NCBI GenBank assembly: GCA_964016885.1
Contig: OZ024752.1
Span: 12,896,001-12,960,000, forward strand
Direction: 5' to 3'
Source of the DNA: Eledone cirrhosa
Lineage: Eukaryota
DNA length: 64,000 bases
The first letter of the stretch is position 1; every line of letters begins with the position of its first letter. Below, in pieces: positions 27,499 through 41,732 of the stretch. The position numbers and the translations under genes are program-made. The notes below the pieces were generated by a model. The model worked only from the letters and a program-made list of their open reading frames with translations, had not been told where the DNA came from and ran no database searches.

Positions 27499-28420
27499 CT
27501 AGCTGGCCCATCCGGCTGGCGCCCGGCTAGGTATACCAGTATTTTACTTTTTCAAGAATCCCCCTCCACTCCAGTGCAAAGATACCGCACGGCCTCTCGA
27601 GTCAGCGAGGGGGGGGGGGGTTAACGTGCTCTGATGTTGGGTTTGAATAGTTTTTAGGATTCCCCAGTTCAGTAGCCAGTATGTTAAAGAAAATTGATAG
27701 TTACAACAATAAAGGCTGAACAGAGAACACATTTTTTAACAAACAATAATTTGTACAACCATAATGGAAATTCCAAGTAACAGAAAATATTTAAATTACA
27801 TTGTTAGAGCCTCAGAGTATACAATATTTTTTGTTTGGCCCTCCGGAGCATGGGAGAAGCACTGAACTCGTAGCTCGTCTCACGGAGAAGCTCTGTAGAC
27901 GTTGACCTCTGAACACTCTTGTCAGGAGTAGATAAGCTGTAGTGACTCAGAGGCCAACCACCAATCTCCAGGACTCTGTTTTCAAGACAAATGAGCGCCT
28001 CATTGAAAACGACTTTGTATGTTACATTCAGATTGTGTCTGCGTATGCGGTGGAGGATGTCCTCAGCTAGACTTTCGTGGTGGTTGTTCCACAGTGTGAG
28101 AGGGTCAGTGAGATCGCAGATGTGCAGCATAATAGCAAAACGTTTTCGCAGCTGAGAAGGGACTTTGGCAGTTGCTGCTTCTTGCAGAGTGAGGCGCCAA
28201 TGGCTGTCATGTATAACCGGAAGTGTTGACATTTGAAATTTTAAAGAAGTGAATATTTAAATAATGTCTTTAATCTTTTAACAACATTCAGTAGAGAAAA
28301 ATACTCTCACTTTTTTACTTGGAAAAAGTTACATCTATGGTGCAAATTTGGTGCTGTTTGGTCCACCCGTTTGGCGGAAAGTTTGTTACCTACATACGGC
28401 CGTCTGCTTTATATTATAGA
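27499..28420 (-). mobile_element. Non-autonomous Helitron carrying a RepHel fragment
   Basis: On the minus strand: A|TCTATAATATAAAG ... GC-rich hairpin CTAG|T. Internal peptide WRLTLQEAA...PSQLRKRFA...DPLTLWNNHHESLAED is typical of Helitron RepHel. Confidence 0.85.
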
Positions 28421-28599
28421 TGTATATAATAATATAGTATATGTATATAATATAGTGTATATATATATATATAATATAGTGTATATATATATATATATAT
28501 ATATGTATATGTATGTATGTATATATATATATGTATATGTATATGTATGTATGTATGTATATATATATGTATGGATATATATATGCATGTATACATATG

Positions 28600-28638
<39 letters not shown>

Positions 28639-28679
28639 ATATATGTATATATGAATATATATATATATATGTTTGTAGT

Positions 28680-28750
28680 TATGAAATAAAGCTCTGTAGC
28701 CTACATAGAGCACTCTTTTTTCCTGTACCTTTCTGACGGAATTACATCAT
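28680..28750 (+). mobile_element. Tail-only PLE-like fragment
   Basis: GCTCTGTAGCCTACATAGAGCACTCT...ACGGAATTAC matches the tails at 6639 and 42176. Confidence 0.65.
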
Positions 28751-28954
28751 ATATATGTGTATATATATATATGTATATATATATATGTATATATATGTAT
28801 TTATATATATGTATATATAAATAAATATATGGATATATATGTATGTATACAACTGTCTAACCCATGCTAGCATGGAAGAACGGATGTAAAACGGTGATGA
28901 TGATGATGATATATATATATATATGTGTGTGTATGTATGTATGTATGTATGTAT

Positions 28955-29274
28955 GTCAACATCATTGGATGTTCTTTTTGGTAAATATCATCTTGGTTAA
29001 GAGAGTGGGACTGGCTTTGTGCAGTGCCTTTGCTCACTATAAAAGCTTCACGGCACAGGCATTGCTTTATATCTGGAGATCTCTCTGCACTTGTCGTCAC
29101 ATGGTACCATGGGCCCAGCACTGTGTCAATAATTGTCACAAGTGTAGTGTTTGTACCAGAGTTTTCAAGTCGTTGGCTGGACTAAAAAGTCACACTCGTT
29201 CAGCGCATCGGTAGGGGTTCTCCTACATGGATATAAAGTAGTGGCCGTACTCGAAAACGAGTTGGCAGCCACCA
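28955..29274 (+). mobile_element. 3' half of the ~605-bp RTE-like element, with a short inverted 5' piece
   Basis: Matches 5295-5602; preceded by GTCAACATCATTGGAT, the reverse complement of ~5276-5291. Confidence 0.8.
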
Positions 29275-29402
29275 TGTATGTATGTATGTATGTATGTATG
29301 TATGTATGTATGTATATGTATGTATGTATATATATATATATATGTATGTATATGTATGTATGTATATGTATGTATGTATATATATATATATATGTATGTA
29401 TG

Positions 29403-29491
<89 letters not shown>

Positions 29492-29718
29492 GTATGTAAT
29501 AATATATGTATGTATATGTATGTATATATATGTATGTAATAATATATGTATGTATATATATGTATATATATGTATGTATATATATATGTATGTATACATA
29601 TATGTATAAATATATATAAACAAATAGTATAAACAAATAGTAGAAATATTTTTTTCAGTAGAAAATGCTGAAGAGATTCTTTCAGTATAATATCAAAACA
29701 TTAATTTATTTACAAAGA

Positions 29719-29910
29719 AGGCGGAGGATTGGCAGTATCGGTAGAAGGTCGGACGCCATGCTTTGACACATAGAGTTACGGTCCTTGCCATTCTGAGTTC
29801 AAATCCCGCCAAGGTTAACTTTGCCTTTCATCCTTTCGGGGTTGATAAAATAAAGTACCAGTAATACACTGGGTAATTGCTGGCCTTGTGCCAAATGTAG
29901 AAACAATTAA
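29719..29910 (+). mobile_element. Meta/MESC-type SINE, full length
   Basis: A/B boxes, central domain and tail. Confidence 0.88.
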
Positions 29911-30159
29911 TTTATTTACAAAGTGGATATTTCCATATTCAATAATGATACTGGTTTCAGCATTATATGATTTGTCAACTGCGGATATGCATAATGTAGT
30001 TATGTTGCATATTTATACGAATAATGATAATAATAAAAAGAGGAAGAAAAATTAATTTTCACATACATATTCAGAGAGGAGAATTCATTTCTCTGTCGTG
30101 TTTGTCCTTCTTTCTCTGTTAACATTAACAATGTGCTTGACTGATGTAGCATAAACAGA

Positions 30160-30410
30160 AGTCTATCTCTCTCAAGCCTGGAGGCTTATTAAGCCAGTAT
30201 TTATCCCAGTTTCCATGGAATGAAGTGACTGAGAGTACAAGGCTTCCCCCTAGACAGGACAAGGTTGACCCCCAGCTATTACTGGTACTAATTTTCAGCT
30301 AAGTATACTGGAGCAATGTGAAATGAAGTGTTTTGTTCAAGTACACAACTCACAACCCAGTCCAGCAATCAAACCCATGACATTATGATTGTAAGTCCAA
30401 AACTCAGCAT
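30160..30410 (-). mobile_element. CORE-type SINE
   Basis: Similar to 61935-62222. Confidence 0.6.
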
Positions 30411-31129
30411 AAACAAACTGAGAGTAAAAATTGGCATATGTAGTGAGCAAGGGAGAAGAATGTGTTGGTATGGGTGGTCATGGATGGGACTTGTAATAGG
30501 AGCAGACTGAGTTTATGAAATCTGACCACAAGAAGGTGAACCACACAATGGAGATAACCAAGGACCATGAAGATTGGCAACATGTTGTTCTGATAAAGAT
30601 ATGGTTACCAATGTAAATAAGACCTGACCCAGCCTTGTTACCTCAGTCCATCCAAGGGCACCCCTCTTTTCTATTAGCATTTCTTAGAGGCTATTCTCAC
30701 CATTACTGTACGCCTACACTTCTACTCTATCCAGAATCCTTTTCACTTCTCTTAAATCCTAACAGCAACACTTACCCCATCCCTCTCTCACTCTACCAAG
30801 GATCACACTCATCCCTTCTAATATCTTGACACACCAGTCATAACCAGCCCCCAAGTAGCTATTATCATAACAGTATTTTCTAAGCTATTGGAAGTCACCC
30901 CTTCCCCTACTTACTGTCCTGTCAAATCCCATCACCGGGCCACATCATACTTATCTTTCTTGCATCCATTTCCCCTAGCGTGGAAAGGGCCCTTTAGTTG
31001 AGTCAATAACCAACAATCTCTCAAGCGTTGCTGTAAAGGAGTTAGCTATAGGAAAGGCCTCCCACTGTAGAAACTATGCTGAAAAACATTGAGAAAATTC
31101 TTCAGTTGTGTCAAGTATTGAAAAGTATA

Positions 31130-32265
31130 TAAGTGAGATACAGCTTCCCCCACTCCAGACCATTTGATCACTCGATAGAGTGTAGGAATAGAAAATATGT
31201 GAGTGAGATACAGCCTCCCCCACTCCAGACCATTTGATCACTCGATAGAGTGTAGGAATAGAAAATATGTGAGTGAGATACAGCTTCCCCCACTCCAGAC
31301 AATTTGATCACTCGATAGAGTGTAGGAATAGAAAATATGTGAGTAAGATACAGCCTCCCCCACTCCAGACCATTTGATCACTCGATAGAGTGTAGGAATA
31401 GAAAATATGTGAGTGAGATACAGCCTCCCCCACTCCAGACCATTTGATCACTCGATAGAGTGTAGGAATAGAAAATATGTGAGTGAGATACAGCCTCCCC
31501 CACTCCAGACCATTTGATCACTCGATAGAGTGTAGGAATAGAAAATATGTGAGTGAGATACAGCCTCCCCCACTCCAGACCATTTGATCACTCGATAGAG
31601 TGTAGGAATAGAAAATATGTGAGTGAGATACAGCTTCCCCCACTCCAGACAATTTGATCACTCGATAGAGTGTAGGAATAGAAAATATGTGAGTAAGATA
31701 CAGCCTCCCCCACTCCAGACCATTTGATCACTCGATAGAGTGTAGGAATAGAAAATATGTGAGTGAGATACAGCTTCCCCCACTCCAGACCATTTGATCA
31801 CTCGATAGAGTGTAGGAATAGCAAATATGTGAGTAAGATACAGCCTCCCCCACTCCAGACCATTTGATCACTCGATAGAGTGTAGGAATAGAAAATATGT
31901 GAGTGAGATACAGCTTCCCCCACTCCAGACAATTTGATCACTCGATAGAGTGTAGGAATAGCAAATATGTGAGTAAGATACAGCCTCCCCCACTCCAGAC
32001 CATTTGATCACTCGATAGAGTGTAGGAATAGAAAATATGTGAGTGAGATACAGCCTCCCCCACTCCAGACAATTTGATCACTCGATAGAGTGTAGGAATA
32101 GAAAATATGTGAGTAAGATACAGCCTCCCCCACTCCAGACAATTTGATCACTCGATAGAGTGTAGGAATAGAAAATATGTGAGTAAGATACAGCCTCCTC
32201 CACTCCAGACCATTTGATCACTCGATAGAGTGTAGGAATAGAAAATATGTGAGTGAGATACAGCC
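31130..32265. repeat. 70-bp tandem array, ~16 copies
   Basis: GAGTRAGATACAGC recurs every 70 nt (31201, 31271, ...). Confidence 0.95.
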
Positions 32266-32600
32266 ACACACACGAGCACACACCAAACAGAATACATGCA
32301 CACAAACACATGTGAAAACAGAGACAACCAACAAAACAAAAACGTTATAGGAACACAATGGGAAGAAACACAGCAATAATCACTGAAGATGTCACAGAAA
32401 TGTGTGATGAAAGAACTTTCATAAATTATATTTGTACTTTTCACTGTTGATCAATCAATGATAAACATTGATTGCCAGCTAAATTATTTATATTTATATA
32501 AATACACTGAAGCAAAAACCAAACCAAACAGAGAGTGTGTTTTATTATTTTTTGGCAATATTAGGACATCTCCCTCCACAAATATAACAATATATGATGC
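32265..32600 (+). mobile_element. Family-B PLE-like pseudo-LTR with hammerhead motif (~32379-32422)
   Basis: CTGAAGA T GTCACA..TGTGAT GAAA GAAC TT; downstream sequence similar to 26850-26980 and 3340-3384. Confidence 0.65.
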
Positions 32601-32881
32601 TACATTTATACATAAATATGGACATCTGGTCGATTTCAGAAACATAAGGAAAAATTGAAATTTAAAATATATGCATCCCAAAAGTTATCACTATAATATT
32701 ATTTGAGAAAATCTGGTAAAGTATCCCTGGAGATGAAAACAGGGGACAAATGCATTTCTGTCCCATTTTGTTATCAGGGATACTTAACAGATTCTTTTCA
32801 ACTATTTTTATAGACATTTACATTGGGACAACTACATTTCATATTTTCGCAATGTTTCATAAGTGAACCAGATGTACATAC

Positions 32882-33560
32882 ATCATCATCATCATCATCA
32901 TCACCGTTTTACGTCCGTTCTTCCACGCTAGCATGGGTTAGACGGGTTGTCCTGTTGTGGGCAGTGTCTGGTCGGCTGACCATGCCTTGCTCATACAGGA
33001 ACTGATCTGGCTTGATTTCTACAGCTGGATGCCCTTCCTAACACCAACCTCATTTACAGTGAGTGCTGGGTGCTTTTTCGTGGCGCCTACACGTCCACTT
33101 TACAGTGTGGGCTGGGTGCTTTTTTACCGTGGCACCTCCACGACCACCTTGCGGTGGGGGGGGGGGGGGCATATTGTTTATATGCTTCAGCATGTACCCA
33201 TGGGAGGTCGGGTACCCTGTATTACTGCGTGACGCCAGAAGTCACGGTCGTGTGTCATTGACTTTGAGAGGTGTAGTTGGGTAAGGTCGGCTTTTATCAC
33301 CTCATCCCAAGTCATCTTGGGTCTCCCCACTCCGCGGTTTCCATCAACTTCTAGTGCTCTGCACCTTTTTATGCAGCTGTCATCCTTCATACGCATCACA
33401 TGTCCATACCAGCGTAACCGCCTCTCCTGCACGCAGCATTTGATTCCTCTTATGCTCAGTCTCTCTCTCAATTCATTTATGCTTTGTCGTTCACGTATAT
33501 TACTGTTACACATCCATCGGAGCATGCAGGCTTCGTTTCTCTCTAATCTACGTAAGTCTT
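32882..33560 (-). mobile_element. 5'-truncated RTE LINE
   Basis: MLRWMC..RRLRWYGHVMR..GRPKMTW, followed by 3' UTR and (GAT)n tail. Confidence 0.9.
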
Positions 33561-33644
33561 CATATATATATATATATCATCATCATCATCATCATCGTTT
33601 AACGTCCATGTTCCACGCTTGCATGGGTTTGGAGTATATATATA

Positions 33645-33783
33645 TAACGAAGGAAATATGGTAAGGAACCAGATGGACCATAACGCACCAAAGTACTTTT
33701 ACCAGGATAAAAATTTTCATTTAGTCCAGAATTAGCCGTCAAAACGGCTTGAGCTCAGCCGTCGGGGTCCTACTCGTTCCTAT
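33645..33783. mobile_element. Rearranged family-C fragment
   Basis: Reverse complement of the 6885-6935 tail joined to a sense copy of 6798-6856. Confidence 0.65.
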
Positions 33784-34004
33784 ATATATATATGTATATA
33801 TATATATGTAGATAAATCTACCAAGAGTTTACGGTAGTGTCCAATCCGTATGAAGAACTCAATGTATTCCGGATATCATGGAAAGAAGAGATGTAATGAA
33901 AAATCACTTTCGGTGAAAGATAAACGGTATACAGAGTCAAGATAAAATATTAAACAAATAATGAATAAAACAATGAAACAGTTCCTTATATTAAACAAAA
34001 AAAG

Positions 34005-34158
34005 TTCATTATTTAACGATCGTTTCTAGGATATATATGTGTTAGAATTGGCATGCATATTCAACAGATCTATGTATAAAATTATACAAAATTATACAAA
34101 CTATCAAGATTAAATATACATACCAACACATATATACGCCGTCTTCAGAAATAATGAA
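34005..34158 (-). ncRNA. Hammerhead ribozyme with long stem II, in a PLE-like element (~33812-34690)
   Basis: TTCATTATTT CTGAAGA ... GAAA CGATCG TT AAATAATGAA; 10-bp stem I and palindromic stem III. Confidence 0.8.
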
Positions 34159-34784
34159 ATATATTTATTGATAATAACAACAATTCAAAATTTCAGGTCC
34201 GTTTGGGAACAAAATTGACCAATGAAAATACAAAAGGTTTTATGCAGTTCGGTGTGTGTATATACATGTAACTAACCCGTACTCATATTTATACAAAAAT
34301 GTATGCTCAACATGCATACGCTTGCCAAAAAGATGCATGCAAATACAAAATTTCAAGGTTAATGTCTCTGTAAGTTTATAATGCACAGATAAGATGCGTA
34401 TAGACACATAAATATGAAATAAGTGTATACACATATTCTCATACTCACACATATCCGTACAATGACACACACGCGCGCGTATATGCATAAACATACACAT
34501 AATTACGAACATACACACACACACATACCCCCACACACATATATATATATGTGGATATAATATTATCATAAGCACATGGATATTAATTCACTCACATAAA
34601 CACTGCCACACACATTTAGATCAAGATACAGAAATTAGGTGGGAGGGGGGGAGAGGTCAGTATTCAACGGTTTGGGCAGACTGCTTATTTATAGATGTAT
34701 CTATAAACTAAGAAATAAAAAATAAAAATTAAAAAGGAAAGAAAAGAAAAAGAAAAAAGAGAAAAAAGAAATATATCAAGAAAA

Positions 34785-34928
34785 TATATATATATATACA
34801 TATATATACATACATATATATATATATATATATACATATACACATACACACATCTACACTTAGAACATACATACACACACATATATAAACATATACATAT
34901 ACACACATACACACATATACACACATAC

Positions 34929-34971
<43 letters not shown>

Positions 34972-35478
34972 TACACATATAATCACACATACATATATAG
35001 ACACACATATATATACACATACACGCACATATACATACACATACATACTTATATACATACAGATATACACATACATACCTATATATACACACAAATACAT
35101 ACAGACATACATACATACATACACACAAATACTTACGCATCCATATATCGGTATATACATACAAACACCACTACACTCTCACACAACTCAGACATACAAA
35201 GAAAAAGGTATATACCTATACACATATACATATACAAATAGAGATACATATACATATATATATATACACATATATATATATATATATACACATACACATA
35301 TACACACATACATATACATACACATACATACATGTACACACACATACATATACATACATACACACATACATATATAGTCATACACACACATACACCTACA
35401 CGAACATACACATACACATATATAAAGATATATATACACACACACACACATACACACACACACATATATATAAAATAA

Positions 35479-35517
<39 letters not shown>

Positions 35518-35540
35518 GTATATGTATGTGTGTGTGTGTA
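34785..35540. repeat. (TA/CA)n compound microsatellite
   Basis: Direct reading. Confidence 0.93.
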
Positions 35541-35811
35541 AATACTTGGCATGGCAATAAAGTCTTTGGAATGGTAGGCTGTGTGCTGTATATAGCAGTA
35601 AATAGTTAATATTAGTTGGAATTTGAACTTTGTTGTACATGCGTGATATTCTGTATGAATGCTGTATTTTGTCATAGGACCATACATGATTATTTTGTTG
35701 TCATTCTTGTGAGTTTATAATACACGTATCGAATGGACTTAGGCCAAGAAAATTTCAGAGCATATATTTTCATTGAATAGAAACGAGGCAAATCAGCAAC
35801 AAATATTATTA

Positions 35812-35975
35812 TCAGACACCATGATTTGACGCATAGAGTTACGGCCCTTGCCATTCTGAGTTCAAATCCTGCTGAGGTTAACTTTGCCTTTCATCCTTAC
35901 GGAGTCGATAAAATAAAGTACCAGTAATGTACTGGGTAATTGTTGGCCTTGTGCCAATAGTAGAAACAATTATTA
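35812..35975 (+). mobile_element. Meta/MESC-type SINE, 5'-truncated
   Basis: B box, central domain and tail. Confidence 0.85.
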
Positions 35976-36839
35976 CACAATTGAAGGAGAGTGGAATTAA
36001 CAATGTTCCAGTAAATTCAACCATTTATCATTGGGTGAAACAATTCAAAGATGGCAGTAGATCATAGAAGACTTTGCCATAACTTTTTGACTGAATAAAA
36101 TAGTGTAATAACAGGGTATATAAACCCAGAAAATGGAATAAAGAAGGGCATCAGTGGTTTTATGTGCTCCATTATTAGACTTACTTAGTGTAAAAGTTAC
36201 AGTGAAGCCTCTATTTCAATTTAAGTCATAAATTTGAACCCTCTTACAATCTGAAGATACAGTCAATATTGAGCCTTGAAACCTTATGTATGAACATAAA
36301 TAAATAATATAATATTTCAGCTCTCTTCCCTTATTGAGCACTGTTTTCCTTTTTTTTTTACACCTATGGATACACATATACATATACTCACACACAAATA
36401 TATATATATATATATATATATTAATTCAAAATATTAGCATAAAATATTATATATATATATTGTTTATTTATAGCTAAATTCGAAATTATCTGCACTTGAA
36501 GAACTCTTGCATATTTTTCTAAAACCCTCCAATCAACCATTGGAGGTTGCCATATTCTGTTTATATAACAGGTTGATTGAGCTGGGCTGTATAACCCAAC
36601 GAAATGTATACCTTTTGGAACTAATTATATATATATATATATATATATATAATAGAAAAAAAACAAGGAAGTTTTGTTTACACATGAAAAATATTTATTA
36701 CATATAGACTTGTTTGGTTCAAGGTGACACATAGGAGTTATGGACCTGACTCCAGAATAGATCTGCTCCTCATACTGGTGATGCAACAAAGGATATATTT
36801 TTGTAAATGAAACTTCCTCGTTTTTTTCTATTAAATATG

Positions 36840-37548
36840 TATGCAGTAGATGTACAGGGAAATTTGACAGTAGAAGTCACATTGATAGACACATTTTTCA
36901 AATGCAGGTGGGTTCTATAGAAGTGGTTGATAGCTTCCAATACCTAGGGGATCAGATTAGCATGGGAGGGGGGGGGGCAGGTTCCGTGGCCATAGTATCT
37001 AGAATAAGGATGGGTTGGAAGAAGTTTAGGGAGCTGCTTCCTTTGCTGACAAAGAAGGGTTTCTCCCTGCATACGAAAGGCCGGTTATATGATGCCTCTG
37101 TGAGATGCGTGATGCTGCATGGTAGTGAGACTTGGGCAGCAACTGCTGAAGATATGCGACGGTGGGAGAGAAATGAAGCAAGCATGCTCCGTTGGATATG
37201 TAATTTCAATGTGTGTGAACGACCAAGCATGGATGAGTTGAGAGAGAAACTGTGTATAAGAGGCATAAGTTGTAGTGTGCGGGAGAGAAGATTTCGATGG
37301 TATGGACATGTGATGCACATGGAGGATGACCGCTGGGTAAAGAAATGCCAAGAAATGCCAACAGAAGGAAGACGCAGTAGAGGTAGACCACGAAAAACAT
37401 TGGTGGAGGTGGTGAGAGCAGACCTCCGATTGCTGAAGCTCACGGAGGAGATGACGAAGGACCGTGACAAGTGGAGAGATGCTGTGCTGAATAGGACCCG
37501 TCCCACCTTTGCAAGCAGGGAAAAGCAGACATAAAATGATGATGATGA
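36840..37548 (+). mobile_element. 5'-truncated RTE LINE
   Basis: FQYLGD, GWKKFRELLP, LHGSETW, RWYGHV and RGRPRKT motifs; (GAT)n tail. Confidence 0.9.
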
Positions 37549-37970
37549 TATATAATATATATCTATTATATATAATATATATATATTATATATAATATAT
37601 ATATATTATAGATAATATATATATATTATATGTATATATGACATATATATATAAATTATATATATAATATAGCTAATACTATATATATATATTACTTAAT
37701 ATATATCCATATACACATATAATATATATACTTAATGTATATATGACATATATATATAAATTATATATATAATATAGCTAATACTATATATATATATATT
37801 ACTTAATATATAAATATTATATAATATATATTTATATTATATAATACATATATATAATATATTTATACAATATATATATATATATTATATATATTATATA
37901 TATAAAATATGTATATATTATATATATGTATTAACTATAGATATATTATATATGTATAATATATATATAT

Positions 37971-38064
37971 TCATCATCATCATGATCATTTTACGTCCGC
38001 TTTTCCCTGCTTGCAAGGGTGGGACGGGTCCTATTCAGCACAGCATCTCTCCACTTGTCACGGT
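37971..38064 (-). mobile_element. Short 3' end of the same RTE family
   Basis: Reverse complement of 37461-37548. Confidence 0.85.
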
Positions 38065-38118
38065 ATATATATATTATATATATTATCTATAAATACCAGT
38101 GCCCTGTGTTAGACTCTT

Positions 38119-38233
38119 CAGTATTCCGATGATTTGGTCAGAGACAAACACTGTATTTAAGATCGAGTGAGACAACTTCGAGTGATTAGCAACCTTTAGA
38201 CTTACCTGACTAATGAAACAATTGTTAATACTG
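38119..38233 (+). ncRNA. Hammerhead-like motif with CCGATGA core variant
   Basis: CAGTATT CCGATGA TTTGGTCAG...CTGACTAAT GAAA CAATTG TT AATACTG. Confidence 0.7.
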
Positions 38234-38361
38234 TAAATAAACCCTTTTTGTACAACTGACCATGTTATTCTTTACTCTTTCACTATATTATATAATATAT
38301 ATATATGTATGAGTGTGTGTTATATAAATATAATATTTATATATATTATTATGTAGATATT

Positions 38362-39125
38362 ATCTATATATCTAAAACAGAGAATGTCTCTCTGTCTATC
38401 CTCCTAAAACTCGAGAACCACCCTACTGACTTTTTTCAAACTTTACACATGTAATACTTATGGTCGTGTGAGTGTTTTGAGCAAAAGATATTTCAAATTT
38501 TCGCATTAGGCGAAAAACCGCATATTTTAGGCTTTAAAGGCTTTTTTGGGGCATAACGGAACAATTATCCAGGCGTTACTTATATTGTTTAAAGTATTTT
38601 GAGCAAAAATGATTTTCTCATTTTTTGCCCCAGGGACCGCATTAGGCGAAAAACCTATTTTTAAAAGTATTTTGGTTACGTTAGGGCCTGTAACTCGGTA
38701 AGTACCGACCCGATTTTTAAAAACTTTGCATATGCATTACTTATGTAATACACATGTAAAGTTAGAAAAAAATCAGTAGGGTACTTCTCGAGTTTTAGGG
38801 ATTCAAACTCACAGACACACACACACACACACACATCCTCAGGGAAGTGACGTAATGCAGAGAGCCAGACATACAGACAGATATTATAAGGGCGCGACGT
38901 TATATGTATGAATGTATCTAAAAAGCGAAAGACTAAGAATTATAGAGAGAGATCGCCTAATGCAGTCCCTAGGGCATTGAAAGTTAGAAATTATTTTTGC
39001 TCAGAACACTTCCTGAAACATAAGTATTACATGTGTAAAGTTTGAAAACAGTCGGTTGGGTGATTCTCTAGTTTTAGCAATTCAAACTCACACACACACA
39101 GACAGACATCCTCAGTTTTATATAT
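38362..39125. mobile_element. Converging 5' portions of non-autonomous Helitron-like elements
   Basis: TCTATATA.TAAAAC.GAG.ATGTCT heads on both strands; repeated TTTCAAACTTTACACATGTAATACTTATG modules. Confidence 0.55.
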
Positions 39126-39399
39126 ATATTATATCTAATATATTATATATATATATAATATGTAACATATTATATATATATATATAAATATGTATATAAT
39201 ATATTAGATATATATATATATAATATATTAGATATAATATATATATAATATATTATATAATATATTAGATATATTATACAATATATTAGATATATATATA
39301 TATTATATATAATATATTAGATATATATATATATAATTTATATATATTAGATATAATATATGTATATATATAATATATTATATATTATATATATATATA

Positions 39400-39439
<40 letters not shown>

Positions 39440-39583
39440 AATTGAAATACTAGAGTGTGTTGGAGTTAAACACCCTCATCGTATTATAGAAATGACAGTA
39501 AAGGTATAGCTCAATGTAATTAAACAGAGCCGAAGAATTATGAAAATAAATCATAGAAGCCTTCAATACATCAAAAGTCTTTA

Positions 39584-39628
39584 TTAGCCAACAATGTTTC
39601 GTCCTATTAAGGACTCATCAGGACAATT
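39584..39628 (-). ncRNA. Compact canonical hammerhead ribozyme in a PLE-like pseudo-LTR (~39437-39850)
   Basis: GTC CTGATGA GTCC-ttaata-GGAC GAAA CATTG TT GGC; tail hairpin at 39509-39530. Confidence 0.85.
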
Positions 39629-40061
39629 AAAGCTATAAGAAGCACTATCAGCCAATACAAGCCGAAAACTCAGAAGAATATGGAGTGTACATAGATAAAT
39701 CATAGGAAAATAATCGGGTAAAAATCATCAAGTAAAAAATTATCAAGTGCTAATTGCTAAGGAAGTAAGTAACATTTTGAACCATATTACAAATATAGTC
39801 CAATGCAAAAACTAGAGCTAAAACAGAGGTGGTGATATAGAGCGGGAATTATTGTACTATACATAATATAATATAATATAATATAATATAATTATAATTA
39901 ATAATGATAATAATAATATTGTTAAAAGGCCCAATATACATATATATACATATGTACACACATATACATATATATCAATACACATTTCCATCAATAGAAG
40001 CACAAACTAACCCTTATCAAGAGTTTAAATATAAATAATAATAGTAATAATAAAAATATAT

Positions 40062-40092
<31 letters not shown>

Positions 40093-40929
40093 CACATACA
40101 TATATATATGTGTGTACAAGCATACACATACACAAACATAGCCATACACACACACATATACATACATACATTCACACAATCATACATATATACACACGTA
40201 CATACATACACATACATAAATGCACTCCTCTACATATTCACACACGCAAATAAATATAAGAAAAAAATATATATATATTAAAATTTTCTGACACCGTTAC
40301 ATAAGGCAGCTAACTGGACAGACACGCGTGGTAAGTAATACACACAAATGCACGTATACATACGTACGAAATAGTAAACACATACACACACTCTCACACA
40401 TAAATATACATATACAAATACATAAACACATACATACACATACATGCACAAACACGCACACGTATACAATATATACACACACATGTATATGTAATTATAT
40501 ACACACACACACACATATATATATATATACATAAATATAAACGCACACACACACACATATACGTATACATACACACACAACCAAATACAAACACACACAC
40601 ATACATATATATATACACACGCATATATATACACACATATATATATATATATATGTATGCATATATACATATGCATACACATACACACACACATACATGT
40701 GTGTATGTGTAAAACTCAGTCTTAGATAATTCATATGAACCTTACATATACGTATATATAGTAGTAAAGTAATAAAGCAACATAGGGCAATTATTCCATT
40801 CACCAGTGGTTTCTTAAAAGCAAAAAATTTTTCCTTCAATCTTCAGAATGAAAAAAACCTGGTTTATCCACATATACATACATATACACACACAAATATA
40901 TACATATATATACACATACACATACACAT

Positions 40930-40994
<65 letters not shown>

Positions 40995-41195
40995 CACACA
41001 AATATACATACACATACACATAGGTATGTGAAGGGCAAGGCAAAAAGAATATATGGGGGGGGGGGGGGGGAGACATAAGAGAAGGTAAAATATAAGGGGA
41101 GGTAAGGGAGAAAAAAATAAGTAAATATACAAGAGTACAGAATGTAAAATCAGCAAAATAAAAACCGTAGCAGAAGTAAAGAGCAGAGAAGGAGT

Positions 41196-41486
41196 TCAAG
41201 GCGGTTGATTTATCATAGGAGTGTCAATCCAGTTACAGATCAGATGCTATTTCAGATGAGGACAGCATCTGAAGATCTCAGTCTTTGAGTTAAGGCAAGC
41301 GGAAGTGGCTCTCAAGTTTAGCAAAATCCTATAATTTCTGTGGTACACAAAGAACAATTCTTTGTGCCCCTTTGGTACTCCCTCGAATGGTCTAATATAG
41401 ACCAATCAATAGAGTACGGGATGTTACTATCCTTGAGTTCCCACACCTTACTTGCGAGGGCCGTTGATGTTCGTTTATCGGAGTGC
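41196..41486 (-). pseudogene. C-terminal part of PLE GIY-YIG endonuclease (frameshifted)
   Basis: [32 protein letters not shown], then after a frameshift YRILLN..LNSKTEIFRCCPH. Confidence 0.8.
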
Positions 41487-41700
41487 CCATTGCAGGGAAA
41501 ATGTAACACCAAATCTGTCGTTTATGAGGCTAAGATAACACCAGTAATCAACAACCAGCCAGCCAGGAGTGAGCGATATGTCGGTATGACCCAGGACAGG
41601 TTTAAAACCAGATTTTACTCACATGTCGCTTCTTTTAAGCACTCCGATAAACGAACATCAACAGCCCTCGCAAGTAAGGTGTGGGAACTCAAGGATAGTA
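41484..41700 (+). pseudogene. N-terminal part of PLE GIY-YIG endonuclease
   Basis: CPLQGKCNTKSVVYEAKI...[16 protein letters not shown], i.e. the VVY/YVG-T/R/H pattern. Confidence 0.85.
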
Positions 41701-41732
41701 TGTGTATGCTTGTACACACATATATATATGTA

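Noticed and set aside
16480-32265. CRISPR-like appearance of regular arrays
   Set aside because: Units are contiguous with no unique spacers, there are no cas genes, and the context is eukaryotic.
36648-36838. Another inverted repeat next to (TA)n
   Set aside because: Arms are short and diverged, and no clear ribozyme or tail was found, so it could not be assigned.
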